Part shown: in pieces, positions 1-9,442 of the stretch
Numbering within the stretch: position 1 is the stretch's first letter
Layout: each line of letters opens with the position of its first letter
Source: Spirochaetota bacterium
Lineage (GTDB): Bacteria; Spirochaetota; UBA4802; UBA5550
Direction: 5' to 3'
Assembly (NCBI GenBank): GCA_963663865.1
Contig: OY760686.1
Coordinates: forward strand, 2,880,001 to 2,944,000
Length of the DNA: 64,000 nt
Notes under the pieces: generated by a model
The model's database searches: none
What the model saw: only the letters and a program-made list of their open reading frames with translations
What the model was told of the DNA's origin: nothing
Made by a program: the position numbers and the translations under genes

Positions 1-55
1 GGCCCGAGAATAGAATTCCCAGGCCCAGACATAAAATGTAATAAATCCTATTCAC
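1..55 (-). CDS. 5' fragment of a probable secreted/membrane protein running off the window edge
   Basis: GTG at 55 opens MNRIYYILCLGLGILFSG..., which looks like a signal peptide; starts 19 nt after the stop of the Nif11-like gene. Confidence 0.3.
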   Translation of the reverse strand, partial: MNRIYYILCLGLGILFSG

Positions 56-74
56 TTAATCAGGAAAAAGGTTA

Positions 75-290
75 TCAGTACGGTCCCCTGACGGCCGCGT
101 CACCAAGCTCAACCACTCTGTCCTTCTTGTCGATGATATCCGAGCAGATATCACCGCTGACGCTGTACCCCTGCGAGCTGAACCATTTTGCCAGAGCTCC
201 AGCATCAGCTTCCGCTACTGTATCCATAAACCCCTTCAAAAGACCCTCGTCCTTTGACGCATCCGCCACGAAATCGATAAAACTCTTCAT
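75..290 (-). CDS. Nif11-like leader small protein (putative RiPP precursor), 71 aa
   Basis: ATG at 290 with GAGAGG RBS; MKSFIDFVADASKDEGLLKGF...LAKWFSSQGYSVS matches the Nif11 pattern (F...D..L...F.....G[FY]..S); ends ELGDAAVRGPY. Confidence 0.6.
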   Translation of the reverse strand: MKSFIDFVADASKDEGLLKGFMDTVAEADAGALAKWFSSQGYSVSGDICSDIIDKKDRVVELGDAAVRGPY

Positions 291-521
291 GCTACACCTC
301 TCTTCATTGTATTTAAGCTTCAACCGGCAAGGCCGGGAAAGGGACAGAATGATTCCAAAAAAAAACATTTTACTGACATTACGTCAACAATAATTCTTGT
401 TATGACTCAGCACGCAAAAATAATTACGGAAACGTTTTTTTTCATTTATCTCTAATCGGTCTGAAGTGAGTTGACAAAGCCGCGTTCTGCTTCAACTATT
501 GCGGCATAAGATATATAAACC

Positions 522-1337
522 ATGGAGAGACAGTTGAGATTCTATTCAACAATACTGCTCATAATAACATCGCTTGTTTTTTTGAGGGGAGATGTCGGCG
601 CCGCTCAGGGAGTAAACTTATCCGCCTCCCTGTCCCCTTCAGGATGGTCAAAGCTGGCTATGCCGTACACAGGCGAGTCCAACGGCACAGCAATCTCCGA
701 TTCAGGTGTGCCCTCATTTCCCGGCACATCATCGTGCTATTCTCTCTCAGCCGCATACTACTACGAAAAATTTCAGGCCGGCATTTCGGCGTCAAGATTC
801 AGCTCGGACAGCATGAGCTTCCCCGCCGGCAACAGTGAAGCGCTGTCTACCTCGGAGGCGGCCACTCTGCGTTTTGACGCGGGCCTGAGACTCGCAGAAG
901 ATGAGTCAGCCTCCTCCAGCTTTATCTTCGTAAGCGCTCTCAGAAACAGCCTTTCATTTTCCTACGGCTCCTCCGAATCCACCGGATGGGGAGGCGCGGC
1001 AGGATTCAGAGGCTTCTACACTATACTTTCAGCCGGTAATTTTGAGTTCGCGTGGGGTGCTGAGTTGCTGATCGGCCGATTCTACAAAGCCGATTTCACC
1101 TCAGATCTGGGTTTTTCAGAGCCTCACAAGACAGAATCTCTTTACGCCTCGGCTTCAATCACTGCCGGAGTGTGTTTTGTCCCATGGGGGACTTCACTGC
1201 TGCTGAAAGCCTCGTCTGAAGCAGTCCACACAGCCTACAGCGCCATGCTCGGGCCTGATCGCATTGATGTTTCCTTCAGGTCTGTAGGCGTATACGCCGG
1301 ATTTGAAATTGTCTATTGCGGGGCCTGGGACAGATGA
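522..1337 (+). CDS. secreted putative outer-membrane beta-barrel protein
   Basis: Signal peptide, alternating amphipathic beta-strands, aromatic C-terminus; first gene of an overlapping operon. Confidence 0.6.
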   Translation: MERQLRFYSTILLIITSLVFLRGDVGAAQGVNLSASLSPSGWSKLAMPYTGESNGTAISDSGVPSFPGTSSCYSLSAAYYYEKFQAGISASRFSSDSMSFPAGNSEALSTSEAATLRFDAGLRLAEDESASSSFIFVSALRNSLSFSYGSSESTGWGGAAGFRGFYTILSAGNFEFAWGAELLIGRFYKADFTSDLGFSEPHKTESLYASASITAGVCFVPWGTSLLLKASSEAVHTAYSAMLGPDRIDVSFRSVGVYAGFEIVYCGAWDR

Positions 1338-1786
1338 GGCATTTTCTTTTCATAACTGCAGCGGCTGTTCTGACAGCCGGCTGCTCATCTCACGGTACAG
1401 GCTTGAAATACAGCGATCCGATTTACGAAGAAGCAGGTTTTATAAACTACGAGTATTCCAACCGTGGAATCAGCGATGAGCTCGCTCTGCAGAACTGCCA
1501 CATCAGACTGCGAATTGACAGGCCCGAGTCAGAATTCACTGTAACAGCGGCCCCCTCAAGGCTAAGAAGAGCAGGAGCTCTTTCCGGGACAGCCATACTC
1601 AGGGCCCGGTCCGACAGCTCCGGGAAGGTCATATCGGTGAGCTTCCTGAAGCGCGCAGGCCTTGGCCTTGACAGCGAGGCAGAAGCCATTGTCAGAAAAA
1701 TGAAGCTGAAACCCCTGCTGAAACAGGGTCGGCCTCTTCCCTCAGAGGTCACCGTGCGCGTTGTATTTCCAGGAGGCCGCCCATGA
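1334..1786 (+). CDS. TonB C-terminal domain lipoprotein (energy transducer TonB-like)
   Basis: ATGA overlap at 1334; lipobox LTAGC; TonB_C-like segment RRAGALSGTAILRARSDSSGKV...GLGLDSEAEAIVRKMKLKP...VTVRVVF. Confidence 0.7.
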   Translation: MRHFLFITAAAVLTAGCSSHGTGLKYSDPIYEEAGFINYEYSNRGISDELALQNCHIRLRIDRPESEFTVTAAPSRLRRAGALSGTAILRARSDSSGKVISVSFLKRAGLGLDSEAEAIVRKMKLKPLLKQGRPLPSEVTVRVVFPGGRP

Positions 1787-3963
1787 GATTAGCGGCCGCC
1801 CTCATCATCCTCATAGCTTCAAGCGCCGCCGCTGCCGCTTTCACCCTTTCGGGGTCGGTGTTTGATGCTGACAGCGGCAAGCCCCTGAACAATGCAACGG
1901 TTGGCATCATGGAACATGGAGCCGTAGCAGAAAGCGGCAGCGGCGGCGTCTTCGTAATCAGAGACATACCCCGGTCTGTCTGTACCGTCACTGTGACAGC
2001 AACCGGCTACCGGGCTTATGAACGGAAAATCAGCCTCAACAGGGACAGAAGCATCACCGTGCGGATGGAGAAGGATCCGTACCTCCAGGAGTTAATATCC
2101 CCCCCTGAAAAAAAAGAAGGACAGCCGGGCTATAAAAGCATCTCCAGAGAAGACATCAAGAAGTATCCAATGCGGGGCTTCGGGGACTCACTGCACCTGC
2201 TGCAGTCATTGCCGGGCATTGGAGGCGGATCATCGCTCTCCACAGTCCCCATTATAAGGGGGCAGAACCCGCTTTACACGAAATACTACATTGACGGGGT
2301 TCCCGTTGACTTCCCTTACCACTACGCTGCGGCCTTCATGCCGATGCTCTCGTCCCTTAACGAAGAGAGCATCGACTCGGCATCGCTTAACAGCGGCCCC
2401 GGATCGTCAGCGCTCGGCGACAATCTCGGAGCAGCTGTTATTATAAACACCAGAAGCGCTGAAGCCCCGGGGCTGAACGCCAGAATCCACATTGACCCGT
2501 TCCTTCCGCTCTTCCCCGGCATCTCATTTACCGCTGTACCTTACGCGGGCTTCTCCGCCTCCGGGAACGCCAGGCGCACAACGGCAGACATTCTCGGCGA
2601 CTTCGAGTACACTGATTCATCCATGCGAGACCACTTTCTCAAGCTTGAATGGAATCCGCACAGCAGCCACAGGCTCACGGCATTTACCACTGGCTCATCG
2701 GACAGCTTCAGCTACAAAAAATGGAATGCCGAGTCATCATCTTCGGTGTCATCGGCGCTTCACGAATTTGCCTTCAACGACATGATCGCGGTCAGAACAC
2801 GTCTTTCGCATTACGGATGGGAACAGAGCTTTGAAAACAAACAGCTTTACGAAAACGGAACCGGCGCCCGTGTCGTCTTCAACCCTTCCGAGACAAGGTT
2901 TTACCAGGAAGCTTTTTACGCGCATGACAGCTTCAGCGCTTCAGTAGGCTGGGAATATGCCGCCTACAGCGGAGGCTGCCGCGGGAATATCAGCCTTGAG
3001 CAGATAGGCGACATTGACCTGCCAGACCTCTCGTCGCTGAACGAATACCTGGTCTTTCCGGTCGAAGGCAGGGGGCTTTCATCTTTCTGCTCAGCACAGG
3101 GCTCTTTCGGCAAATACTCCGGAGAACTCGCCCTGCGCTATGAGCATTACGGCCCGCTCGACACCCACTCCGTGACCTGGTCGGCAAAAGCCGCCATGTC
3201 TGTGCTGAAGGGACTGTCCGTTTATCTCTCTGCAGGTCGCTCAGAAGCTCATCCGGACATATACTACTACCTGGGCAGCTCAGAGCCGGACTTCAGGAAC
3301 GCTTCATCGCTGAGCTTTGAAGCCGGCGCGGAGGCTTCCGCGCTCAAAATCTTCACGTTCAACGCGGCGCTTTACACGGCTGACTACGACAACCTCAATC
3401 CGGGGGCTGTTTACACAGTAAGCGACGAATATCTCAAGCGCCTTCTGCAGATACACCCGTTCTCCGATGAAAACAGCGGCCGAAGCTTCGGCAGCGAACT
3501 CAGCGCCGCGTGGAATTACAAAAGGCTTTCCGGCAGGGCCGCTTACTCATTCTGTTCGACAAAGATGAATACCTCAAGCGGCCAGGAAGCTCCCTCAGAG
3601 TTTTCGCAGTCCCACATATTCCGCCTGCTTCTCGATACGCATTCGGGACGATGGACCTGGTCGCTCATCTGGAGCGCCTATTCCTCACTACCGTACACCC
3701 CTGTAACTTCACAGTCTGAGAACGGAACGGCTTACGGGGACTACAACTCCGCCCGCTTCAACGCGCACAACAGGGTCGACCTGAAAGCCGCCTACACATT
3801 TCCGGGCGGCTCGCGAATCTCAGTCGAGCTGTGGAACGCTTTCTTCCAGAGCAATACCGTATTCGAGTACTACAGAGAAGGCCGCGCGCTGAGCTCATCA
3901 AACCCGGAAAAGTTCGACGACATTCCGGTATTTCTCTGGGTCGCCGCCGAGGTTTCCCTGTGA
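1783..3963 (+). CDS. TonB-dependent receptor with N-terminal carboxypeptidase-regulatory-like domain
   Basis: LSGSVFDADSGKPLNNATV N-domain; plug motif LQSLPGI...IIRGQ...YYIDGVPV; beta-barrel C-terminus. Confidence 0.85.
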   Translation: MRLAAALIILIASSAAAAAFTLSGSVFDADSGKPLNNATVGIMEHGAVAESGSGGVFVIRDIPRSVCTVTVTATGYRAYERKISLNRDRSITVRMEKDPYLQELISPPEKKEGQPGYKSISREDIKKYPMRGFGDSLHLLQSLPGIGGGSSLSTVPIIRGQNPLYTKYYIDGVPVDFPYHYAAAFMPMLSSLNEESIDSASLNSGPGSSALGDNLGAAVIINTRSAEAPGLNARIHIDPFLPLFPGISFTAVPYAGFSASGNARRTTADILGDFEYTDSSMRDHFLKLEWNPHSSHRLTAFTTGSSDSFSYKKWNAESSSSVSSALHEFAFNDMIAVRTRLSHYGWEQSFENKQLYENGTGARVVFNPSETRFYQEAFYAHDSFSASVGWEYAAYSGGCRGNISLEQIGDIDLPDLSSLNEYLVFPVEGRGLSSFCSAQGSFGKYSGELALRYEHYGPLDTHSVTWSAKAAMSVLKGLSVYLSAGRSEAHPDIYYYLGSSEPDFRNASSLSFEAGAEASALKIFTFNAALYTADYDNLNPGAVYTVSDEYLKRLLQIHPFSDENSGRSFGSELSAAWNYKRLSGRAAYSFCSTKMNTSSGQEAPSEFSQSHIFRLLLDTHSGRWTWSLIWSAYSSLPYTPVTSQSENGTAYGDYNSARFNAHNRVDLKAAYTFPGGSRISVELWNAFFQSNTVFEYYREGRALSSSNPEKFDDIPVFLWVAAEVSL

Positions 3964-5771
3964 AGCGTTTAATGCTCATATTTCTGCTTTTTATTTTAGG
4001 GGCGAATGTGCACGCGGAGATTTACGACTCCCCGTTTCACAACAGGCAGGTCTACAGCGAAAATGCCGATATCCTCAAGAGAATAATTTCGCGCGGGCAG
4101 CACAGGACTGCTGACATAGAGACGCTCGTAAAATACCTGTACGCGCTTGAAAGCTTTAAGGAAGTCATTCAGTGGTCCGGCAGGATAAAGCCCTCTGAAA
4201 GAAGCACTGAAGTCCTCTACATGAGGGCCTCATCTTACGCCGCGCTTTCCGAGTACGCCTCTGCAGCAAGAGAGCTTGAAGAGCTTTTCAGACATCGTGG
4301 CACTGGCCGCTCTGATGCCGCACGCATCCGAGAACAGATAGCCATTCTGCGCTCATCGCTTCCAACATCAGGAAGGCCCGAGTTCAGCCGTCCGCACCCT
4401 GACGGGAGCGGCCTGACACCGATTGGACGCATCGACATGAAATCACTGACAATTCTCGCTGACAGAGCCCGCAGCAGGTTCATCCTCTGGGATGACAGGG
4501 GCAAAGAGGTCAAAGAACTGCCGCCTGCGCTGTACGGGCTTTCTCCGTCCAGCCTTGAATATCTGTCTGTTTCCGCCGACGGACGTGAGCTTCTCGCCAG
4601 CGTCCGTGACGAGGACTCGGCAGAGATACTATACGCCAGAAGGTCATCCGCTGATGAAAAACCCGACTGGGTATCGCCCTTCATCCTTAATCTCGGAACA
4701 GTCAACACATCAGCGCACTTCATGCCCGATGGAATTCACGCGGTCTTCACGTCTTCACGCGGCTTCGGAGGGGGGCTTGATATCTATTCTGTCCGGCGCG
4801 ATGAAGACGGAGGCTGGTCTGACGTGAGAAGAATCGAAGGAGCAAACACCCCGCACGATGAGCCCTCAGTCTTTATTCACCCTGACGGCGAAACGCTTTA
4901 CTTTTCAAGCGGGGGCCTGCCCGGTCAGGGCGGCTTTGACCTCTTTACGGCCAGGCTGCTAAAGAAGGGATTGTCGTTCAAAACAGCCGATATCCGACCC
5001 CTTAAACCGTTTAACACCTGGCGCAACGAAGCGCGAGTACCGGTCATACCAGCTGACTCATCACAGGCATATCTTGCCTTCACAATCAATGGAAGAGACA
5101 GCGTCTACAGCGGCCTGCTCCGAGGCTACATGCCCGCGCCGGTCGCGCTTGTCAACATTAGGACGGCTGACGCCTCGTCGAAGGAGCCATTGACAGCAAT
5201 GGTCAAGGTCATAGGAGGCGACAGACCGGAGTCAGATCCATCCGTTTATATCAACATTACTGACAACCAGGGGAATGCCCGCTTCGCGCTCGAGAGGGGC
5301 AGACAGTACACTATTACGCTCTGGTCACAGGGATTTCTCTACGAATCGCTGGAGCTTAATGTTCCTCATGGCGCCGACAGGGTTGACAGGAGCTGCTATC
5401 TCAGGAAGGGCGCCATTAAAAGCGGCTACTCGTTCCTTGCCGACAGAATCTACTTCGACACCGGTTCATATTCAATACGCAGGGAATCCCAGCCCGAGCT
5501 CGAACGCCTCTACGACTTTCTGCATAAAAACCGCGGCCTTGACGTTATAATCTCAGGCTACACCGACAATGTCGGCGGTTACGAGTACAACATGAAGCTT
5601 TCGAGAAAAAGGGCAGAAGCAATCGCAGGCTATCTTAAAAAACGGGGCATCAGCAGATGGCGAATCGAAACAGAGGGCTTCGGTTACACCCGCAGCATCG
5701 CCCCGAACACGACCGAAGAGGAAAGGCGTAAAAACAGGCGTGTTGAAATCACCGTTACTTCATCAGAATAA
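3960..5771 (+). CDS. OmpA-family protein with TPR-like region and PD40 (TolB-like) repeats
   Basis: GTGA overlap start; PD40 repeats (PDG..AVFTSSRG.GGLDIY; PDGETLYFSSGG.PGQGGFDLF); OmpA domain IYFDTG...SGYTDNVG...NMKLSRKRA...NRRVEI. Confidence 0.88.
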   Translation: MKRLMLIFLLFILGANVHAEIYDSPFHNRQVYSENADILKRIISRGQHRTADIETLVKYLYALESFKEVIQWSGRIKPSERSTEVLYMRASSYAALSEYASAARELEELFRHRGTGRSDAARIREQIAILRSSLPTSGRPEFSRPHPDGSGLTPIGRIDMKSLTILADRARSRFILWDDRGKEVKELPPALYGLSPSSLEYLSVSADGRELLASVRDEDSAEILYARRSSADEKPDWVSPFILNLGTVNTSAHFMPDGIHAVFTSSRGFGGGLDIYSVRRDEDGGWSDVRRIEGANTPHDEPSVFIHPDGETLYFSSGGLPGQGGFDLFTARLLKKGLSFKTADIRPLKPFNTWRNEARVPVIPADSSQAYLAFTINGRDSVYSGLLRGYMPAPVALVNIRTADASSKEPLTAMVKVIGGDRPESDPSVYINITDNQGNARFALERGRQYTITLWSQGFLYESLELNVPHGADRVDRSCYLRKGAIKSGYSFLADRIYFDTGSYSIRRESQPELERLYDFLHKNRGLDVIISGYTDNVGGYEYNMKLSRKRAEAIAGYLKKRGISRWRIETEGFGYTRSIAPNTTEEERRKNRRVEITVTSSE

Positions 5772-5780
5772 AATATTCCC

Positions 5781-5809
5781 TTGACGATGAGCCTTTTTTT
5801 TATTATATT
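5781..5809 (+). promoter_or_regulatory. sigma70-type promoter
   Basis: TTGACG-17 nt-TATATT upstream of the 5908 lipoprotein gene. Confidence 0.55.
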
Positions 5810-5907
5810 CACCGGATTTCCCTTCTGGAAGTCCGTTCCTGTCGGTGCCAGGCTTTTTTGCCCGGCTGAGATGGGGACGATGACAGAAAAATACTCTGGA
5901 GAAAACA

Positions 5908-8085
5908 ATGAAATCCCGTATACTCTTATCTGCTGTGCTTATTCCGGCGGCCCTCTTTCTGATATCATGCTCAGAGTCCCTTGACGAGAACGTTGCATCA
6001 CCAGTGTTCAAGCTCAAGCTCGGAACATTCTATGAAATCGAAATGTCATCCTCAACCGAAGGAGCGTCTATTGCGTACACAACCGACGGAACTGACCCGA
6101 AGGACTCTGAAAGTGCAGTGGAAGGCAGCAGCGCAGAGATAGATTACCTGACCGTCATTAAGGCCTACGCCTATAAGGACGGTATGGTCAGCTCCGATAC
6201 GGTTGAATACCGTGTCCCGTCAGCCGGGCGGTCAATCAAGCTCAGATATGCTCCGGACTACTCAATCAATTCATACACCTTTTCAATAGTTGACGAAAAC
6301 GGTGCCCCCGCTGCCAATATCAGCGTAACCGGCCCCGGCGCCGACTCCCTCTGGCTGACCGAAGATGATGTAAAGGGAGCCTGCTCTGTTAATGTGTACC
6401 AGAACGGAACTATTTCTGAGACAAGGCATTTCAGCGCACCAGGTTCTGACGGAGAGTGGCTGTCTTCAGACGACATTCTATCCGGCAGAACTGTTTACAC
6501 CCGTGACGAATCAGGGAATGTTATTGAAAAAACAGTCTATTCGGCTGACGATTCCATTGAAACAGTGACTTCGACAACCTACTCGGATGGTAACCCTGCC
6601 TCTGTCATAGTCAGACAGGGGGCCTCGGACGGAGAAATAATATCTAATTCATCATACAGCTTCACCTCAAGCGATGAGTACCGGATTAGCAGCCTCGACC
6701 CCGAGGACGGCGTTACTATCCTCGGCTACACGGACTACTTCATGAGCGGAGGCCTGACTCAGAGGGTTGAAGAGAAAGACGCCCCTGGTGAAATTCAATC
6801 AGCGCAATTATACAGCTACGAAAATACTCTGAGGCACGTCGAATACACATACAGCGGGGACTACGTTGAAGGCGCTCTCAATCAGCCGTCAGGCTTTGCC
6901 GGCTATCTCTACTACGGCGAAAGCCTCCCCGAGATGTCCGCTGTAGTAACCTCAACAGGAACAGCCGCTGAATATGAAGTCACAACAGCAGCCTACTCTC
7001 CCTCCGGGGATGAGGTTTCCTCGTCTACGGAGGGCTTCCGTCTGATAAACGGTACGCTTTACACGGTCAGCAAAACTGCAGCTGATGAGTCATGGTCCTA
7101 TGAGTTCAACGACTCGGGTCTGCCGGTAAAAAAGACCGTGATGTCAAATACGTCAGGTGCCGGAGATTCATCGTCACAGAGCCTGTTAGCCGAAGAATCA
7201 GTTTTTGAATACGACAGCCTCGGCCGCAGGATTTCAGAAGAAGCATGGACCTACACGTACAACAATACCGCAAAGATTGACTTCAGCCTTTCAGTATCCG
7301 CCGGTTACGTCGACGGAGGCTACTACTCAAGCGGCGGATACAGCTTCTCGCACGAGGGCGCTGCCATCAGCCAGCTTCCTGAAGAGGCTGAAGGCCGCAG
7401 GCAGCTCCTCAAAAGCTTCATCGAAAAACTCGGCTATATATACAAGAACATCAGCATTTCATCCAGCGGAACAGAGATTCCTGGAGAAGAGTCAGGCAGG
7501 GTATTAATTACGGCCAGGGTATCCGAAGACAACCAGGTGAAGGTGTTGTACTGCTTCGACTCATATTCCGACGGAGACATCAGCGTAAATGGTACGATTA
7601 CAGCGTCAATATCGGGGAAAATCGATCTGACTGGAAACCTCTCCGGTTCTCTTGACGGCTCAATCAGCGGATCGCTTAAGATTTCAGGCAGCGGTATTGA
7701 GCTTGATTCTGATTCATATCAGAGTTCAAGAATAATTTACACATACGAAGGTGAATCGCTTCAGCCAGCGTCAGAGTCCCATTACAGCGCGCCAGGCAAC
7801 GACGGAGTCTGGGGTACTTCAGATGATTCCGTCACAAAAACCGTCACATTCACCTATGACGTGGAAACAGGCTTAAAAACACGCTCAGTAACAGATGAGG
7901 AAGGAACAGTAACAAGTGCTTTCTTTACCTACGACGCGGACTCAAGGCTTATTTCCCGTACAGAAACAGCCGAGTTCGGAGTAATGACACGGAAATTTGA
8001 TGGTTCCGGAGAGGACAGCAACTGGCTCACAGCAGAAGACAATTCACTCGTCGAGGCTTTCTTCGAGTTTTCAGAAAGCGAGTGA
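5908..8085 (+). CDS. lipoprotein with chitobiase/Fn3-associated (CHB_HEX_C-like) domain and YD-like repeats
   Basis: Lipobox FLISC; SSTEGASIAYTTDGTDP...IKAYAYKDG; YD-like segments (FEYDSLGRRISE, FTYDADSRLIS); four PGxDxxWxTxDD-like motifs. Confidence 0.75.
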   Translation: MKSRILLSAVLIPAALFLISCSESLDENVASPVFKLKLGTFYEIEMSSSTEGASIAYTTDGTDPKDSESAVEGSSAEIDYLTVIKAYAYKDGMVSSDTVEYRVPSAGRSIKLRYAPDYSINSYTFSIVDENGAPAANISVTGPGADSLWLTEDDVKGACSVNVYQNGTISETRHFSAPGSDGEWLSSDDILSGRTVYTRDESGNVIEKTVYSADDSIETVTSTTYSDGNPASVIVRQGASDGEIISNSSYSFTSSDEYRISSLDPEDGVTILGYTDYFMSGGLTQRVEEKDAPGEIQSAQLYSYENTLRHVEYTYSGDYVEGALNQPSGFAGYLYYGESLPEMSAVVTSTGTAAEYEVTTAAYSPSGDEVSSSTEGFRLINGTLYTVSKTAADESWSYEFNDSGLPVKKTVMSNTSGAGDSSSQSLLAEESVFEYDSLGRRISEEAWTYTYNNTAKIDFSLSVSAGYVDGGYYSSGGYSFSHEGAAISQLPEEAEGRRQLLKSFIEKLGYIYKNISISSSGTEIPGEESGRVLITARVSEDNQVKVLYCFDSYSDGDISVNGTITASISGKIDLTGNLSGSLDGSISGSLKISGSGIELDSDSYQSSRIIYTYEGESLQPASESHYSAPGNDGVWGTSDDSVTKTVTFTYDVETGLKTRSVTDEEGTVTSAFFTYDADSRLISRTETAEFGVMTRKFDGSGEDSNWLTAEDNSLVEAFFEFSESE

Positions 8086-8108
8086 TTGTGCGCTTTCATT
8101 AAATCCTC

Positions 8109-8144
8109 CGGCCGGCCCTACTGAGAGGGGGCCGGCCGCTTTTT
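8109..8144 (+). terminator. rho-independent terminator
   Basis: CGGCCGGCCC / GGGCCGGCCG stem followed by a T-run, between convergent genes. Confidence 0.7.
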
Positions 8145-9309
8145 ACAGCTTTTCCCCTGACAACATTTTGCGTCTGGAACGCCTGTGAAGCTCAATGCTG
8201 ACGAGCGCCGTTATCGGCATGCTGAGAAACATTCCCATGCATCCGACAGCTGATTTGACAAGTTCACTCAAAACCGGATTGTAGTTCAACGCCAGCCAAA
8301 CGGGCATACCGGGTTCAAACTTCATCCAGATAAGAAGAACAACCGGAAGCGCTCCCCCCAGATAAGAAAAAAGAAGCGTATTGACCGTTGCTCCCAGCAT
8401 ATCGGAGCTTACGCTGAACACCGATTTAAAGGCCTGACCGGCACTGATCTCAGGATCGGTCTTGAAAATCTCATCGGCCGCTGAAGCAATAGAAATGCAC
8501 ACATCCATTATAGCCCCGAGTGCTGAAAGCACCATTCCGGACAAGGCCAGTCCTCGCAGGTCAATATCGATTCCCGACGCGTAGAAAACCGTCATCATCT
8601 CTCCTGTCACAATGCCGGAAAGATGCATCAGCCATCCCGCAAAAAGAGAAATCAGGACCGCAATTATTACCCCTGCTGAAGCACCGGTGATTGACGCGGC
8701 TGTCTTCTTTTTAAAACCCAGCATCACCGGAATCGAAATACACACTGCGGCCAGGCTTATCATAACCGTCAGAGGCAGAGGAGAACGTCCTTCAAGAGTC
8801 CCGGGGATGAGCACAACGAAAACCAGAATCATTGTGGCTATAAGGGAAAGCATTGAAAGAAGTCCGCGGAAACGTCCAACCAGAAGAACAGTCAGCGCAA
8901 AGAGAACGCCCATTATGACAATTCCTTTCGTGTTATCCACATCATATATCGATATATACTCCACGCTGTCTGCGCCCGGAATAGTTGAAATACCTATAAA
9001 AACCACATCGCCTTCGCTGTAAAACATTCCGCCTGGCATATCGTCCTCTCCCCGGTAGACCGAGACAAAATCCCTCCCGCGATGCTTTCCGTCAACCGCC
9101 CTCAAATGCACGCGAATCTCGACAGCGTTAACAGGTCCATCAATGTTATTCTTTTCTATTTTGACTACTCTTGCCCTCGCAATCTCCCGCGGGTCATAAT
9201 AGCCCTGTTTCTGCGCATATAATCCGGTCGCGGATGCGGCGAGAAATACTATTATAATCAGCTGTCTCATCAACAGGGCGGCCGTAATCGTGCGGTCTCT
9301 ACTCATCAC
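8143..9309 (-). CDS. YibE/F family membrane protein
   Basis: Multi-TM; LGAIMDVCISIASA and DMLGATVNTLLFSYLGGALP motifs. Confidence 0.85.
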   Translation of the reverse strand: MMSRDRTITAALLMRQLIIIVFLAASATGLYAQKQGYYDPREIARARVVKIEKNNIDGPVNAVEIRVHLRAVDGKHRGRDFVSVYRGEDDMPGGMFYSEGDVVFIGISTIPGADSVEYISIYDVDNTKGIVIMGVLFALTVLLVGRFRGLLSMLSLIATMILVFVVLIPGTLEGRSPLPLTVMISLAAVCISIPVMLGFKKKTAASITGASAGVIIAVLISLFAGWLMHLSGIVTGEMMTVFYASGIDIDLRGLALSGMVLSALGAIMDVCISIASAADEIFKTDPEISAGQAFKSVFSVSSDMLGATVNTLLFSYLGGALPVVLLIWMKFEPGMPVWLALNYNPVLSELVKSAVGCMGMFLSMPITALVSIELHRRSRRKMLSGEKL

Positions 9310-9442
9310 TCTTCATTCCTCGTTTTTTATGTATGATGAAGCTCTTGTACAGATGAAGCTTCGTGTGTCAAGCTCGAAGCCCCTGACAGGCTTAAGCCAC
9401 CTTGCACAATATCTTCCCGTTGAGCTCATGCTTCTATCTCTG

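Noticed and set aside
3831-3959. N-terminal extension of the OmpA ORF as given in the ORF track
   Set aside because: Overlaps the TBDR C-terminus; the signal peptide begins at the GTG at 3960
5908-8085. RHS/YD toxin
   Set aside because: No RHS core PxxxxDPxG motif, no toxin tail, no immunity gene; the protein is a lipoprotein
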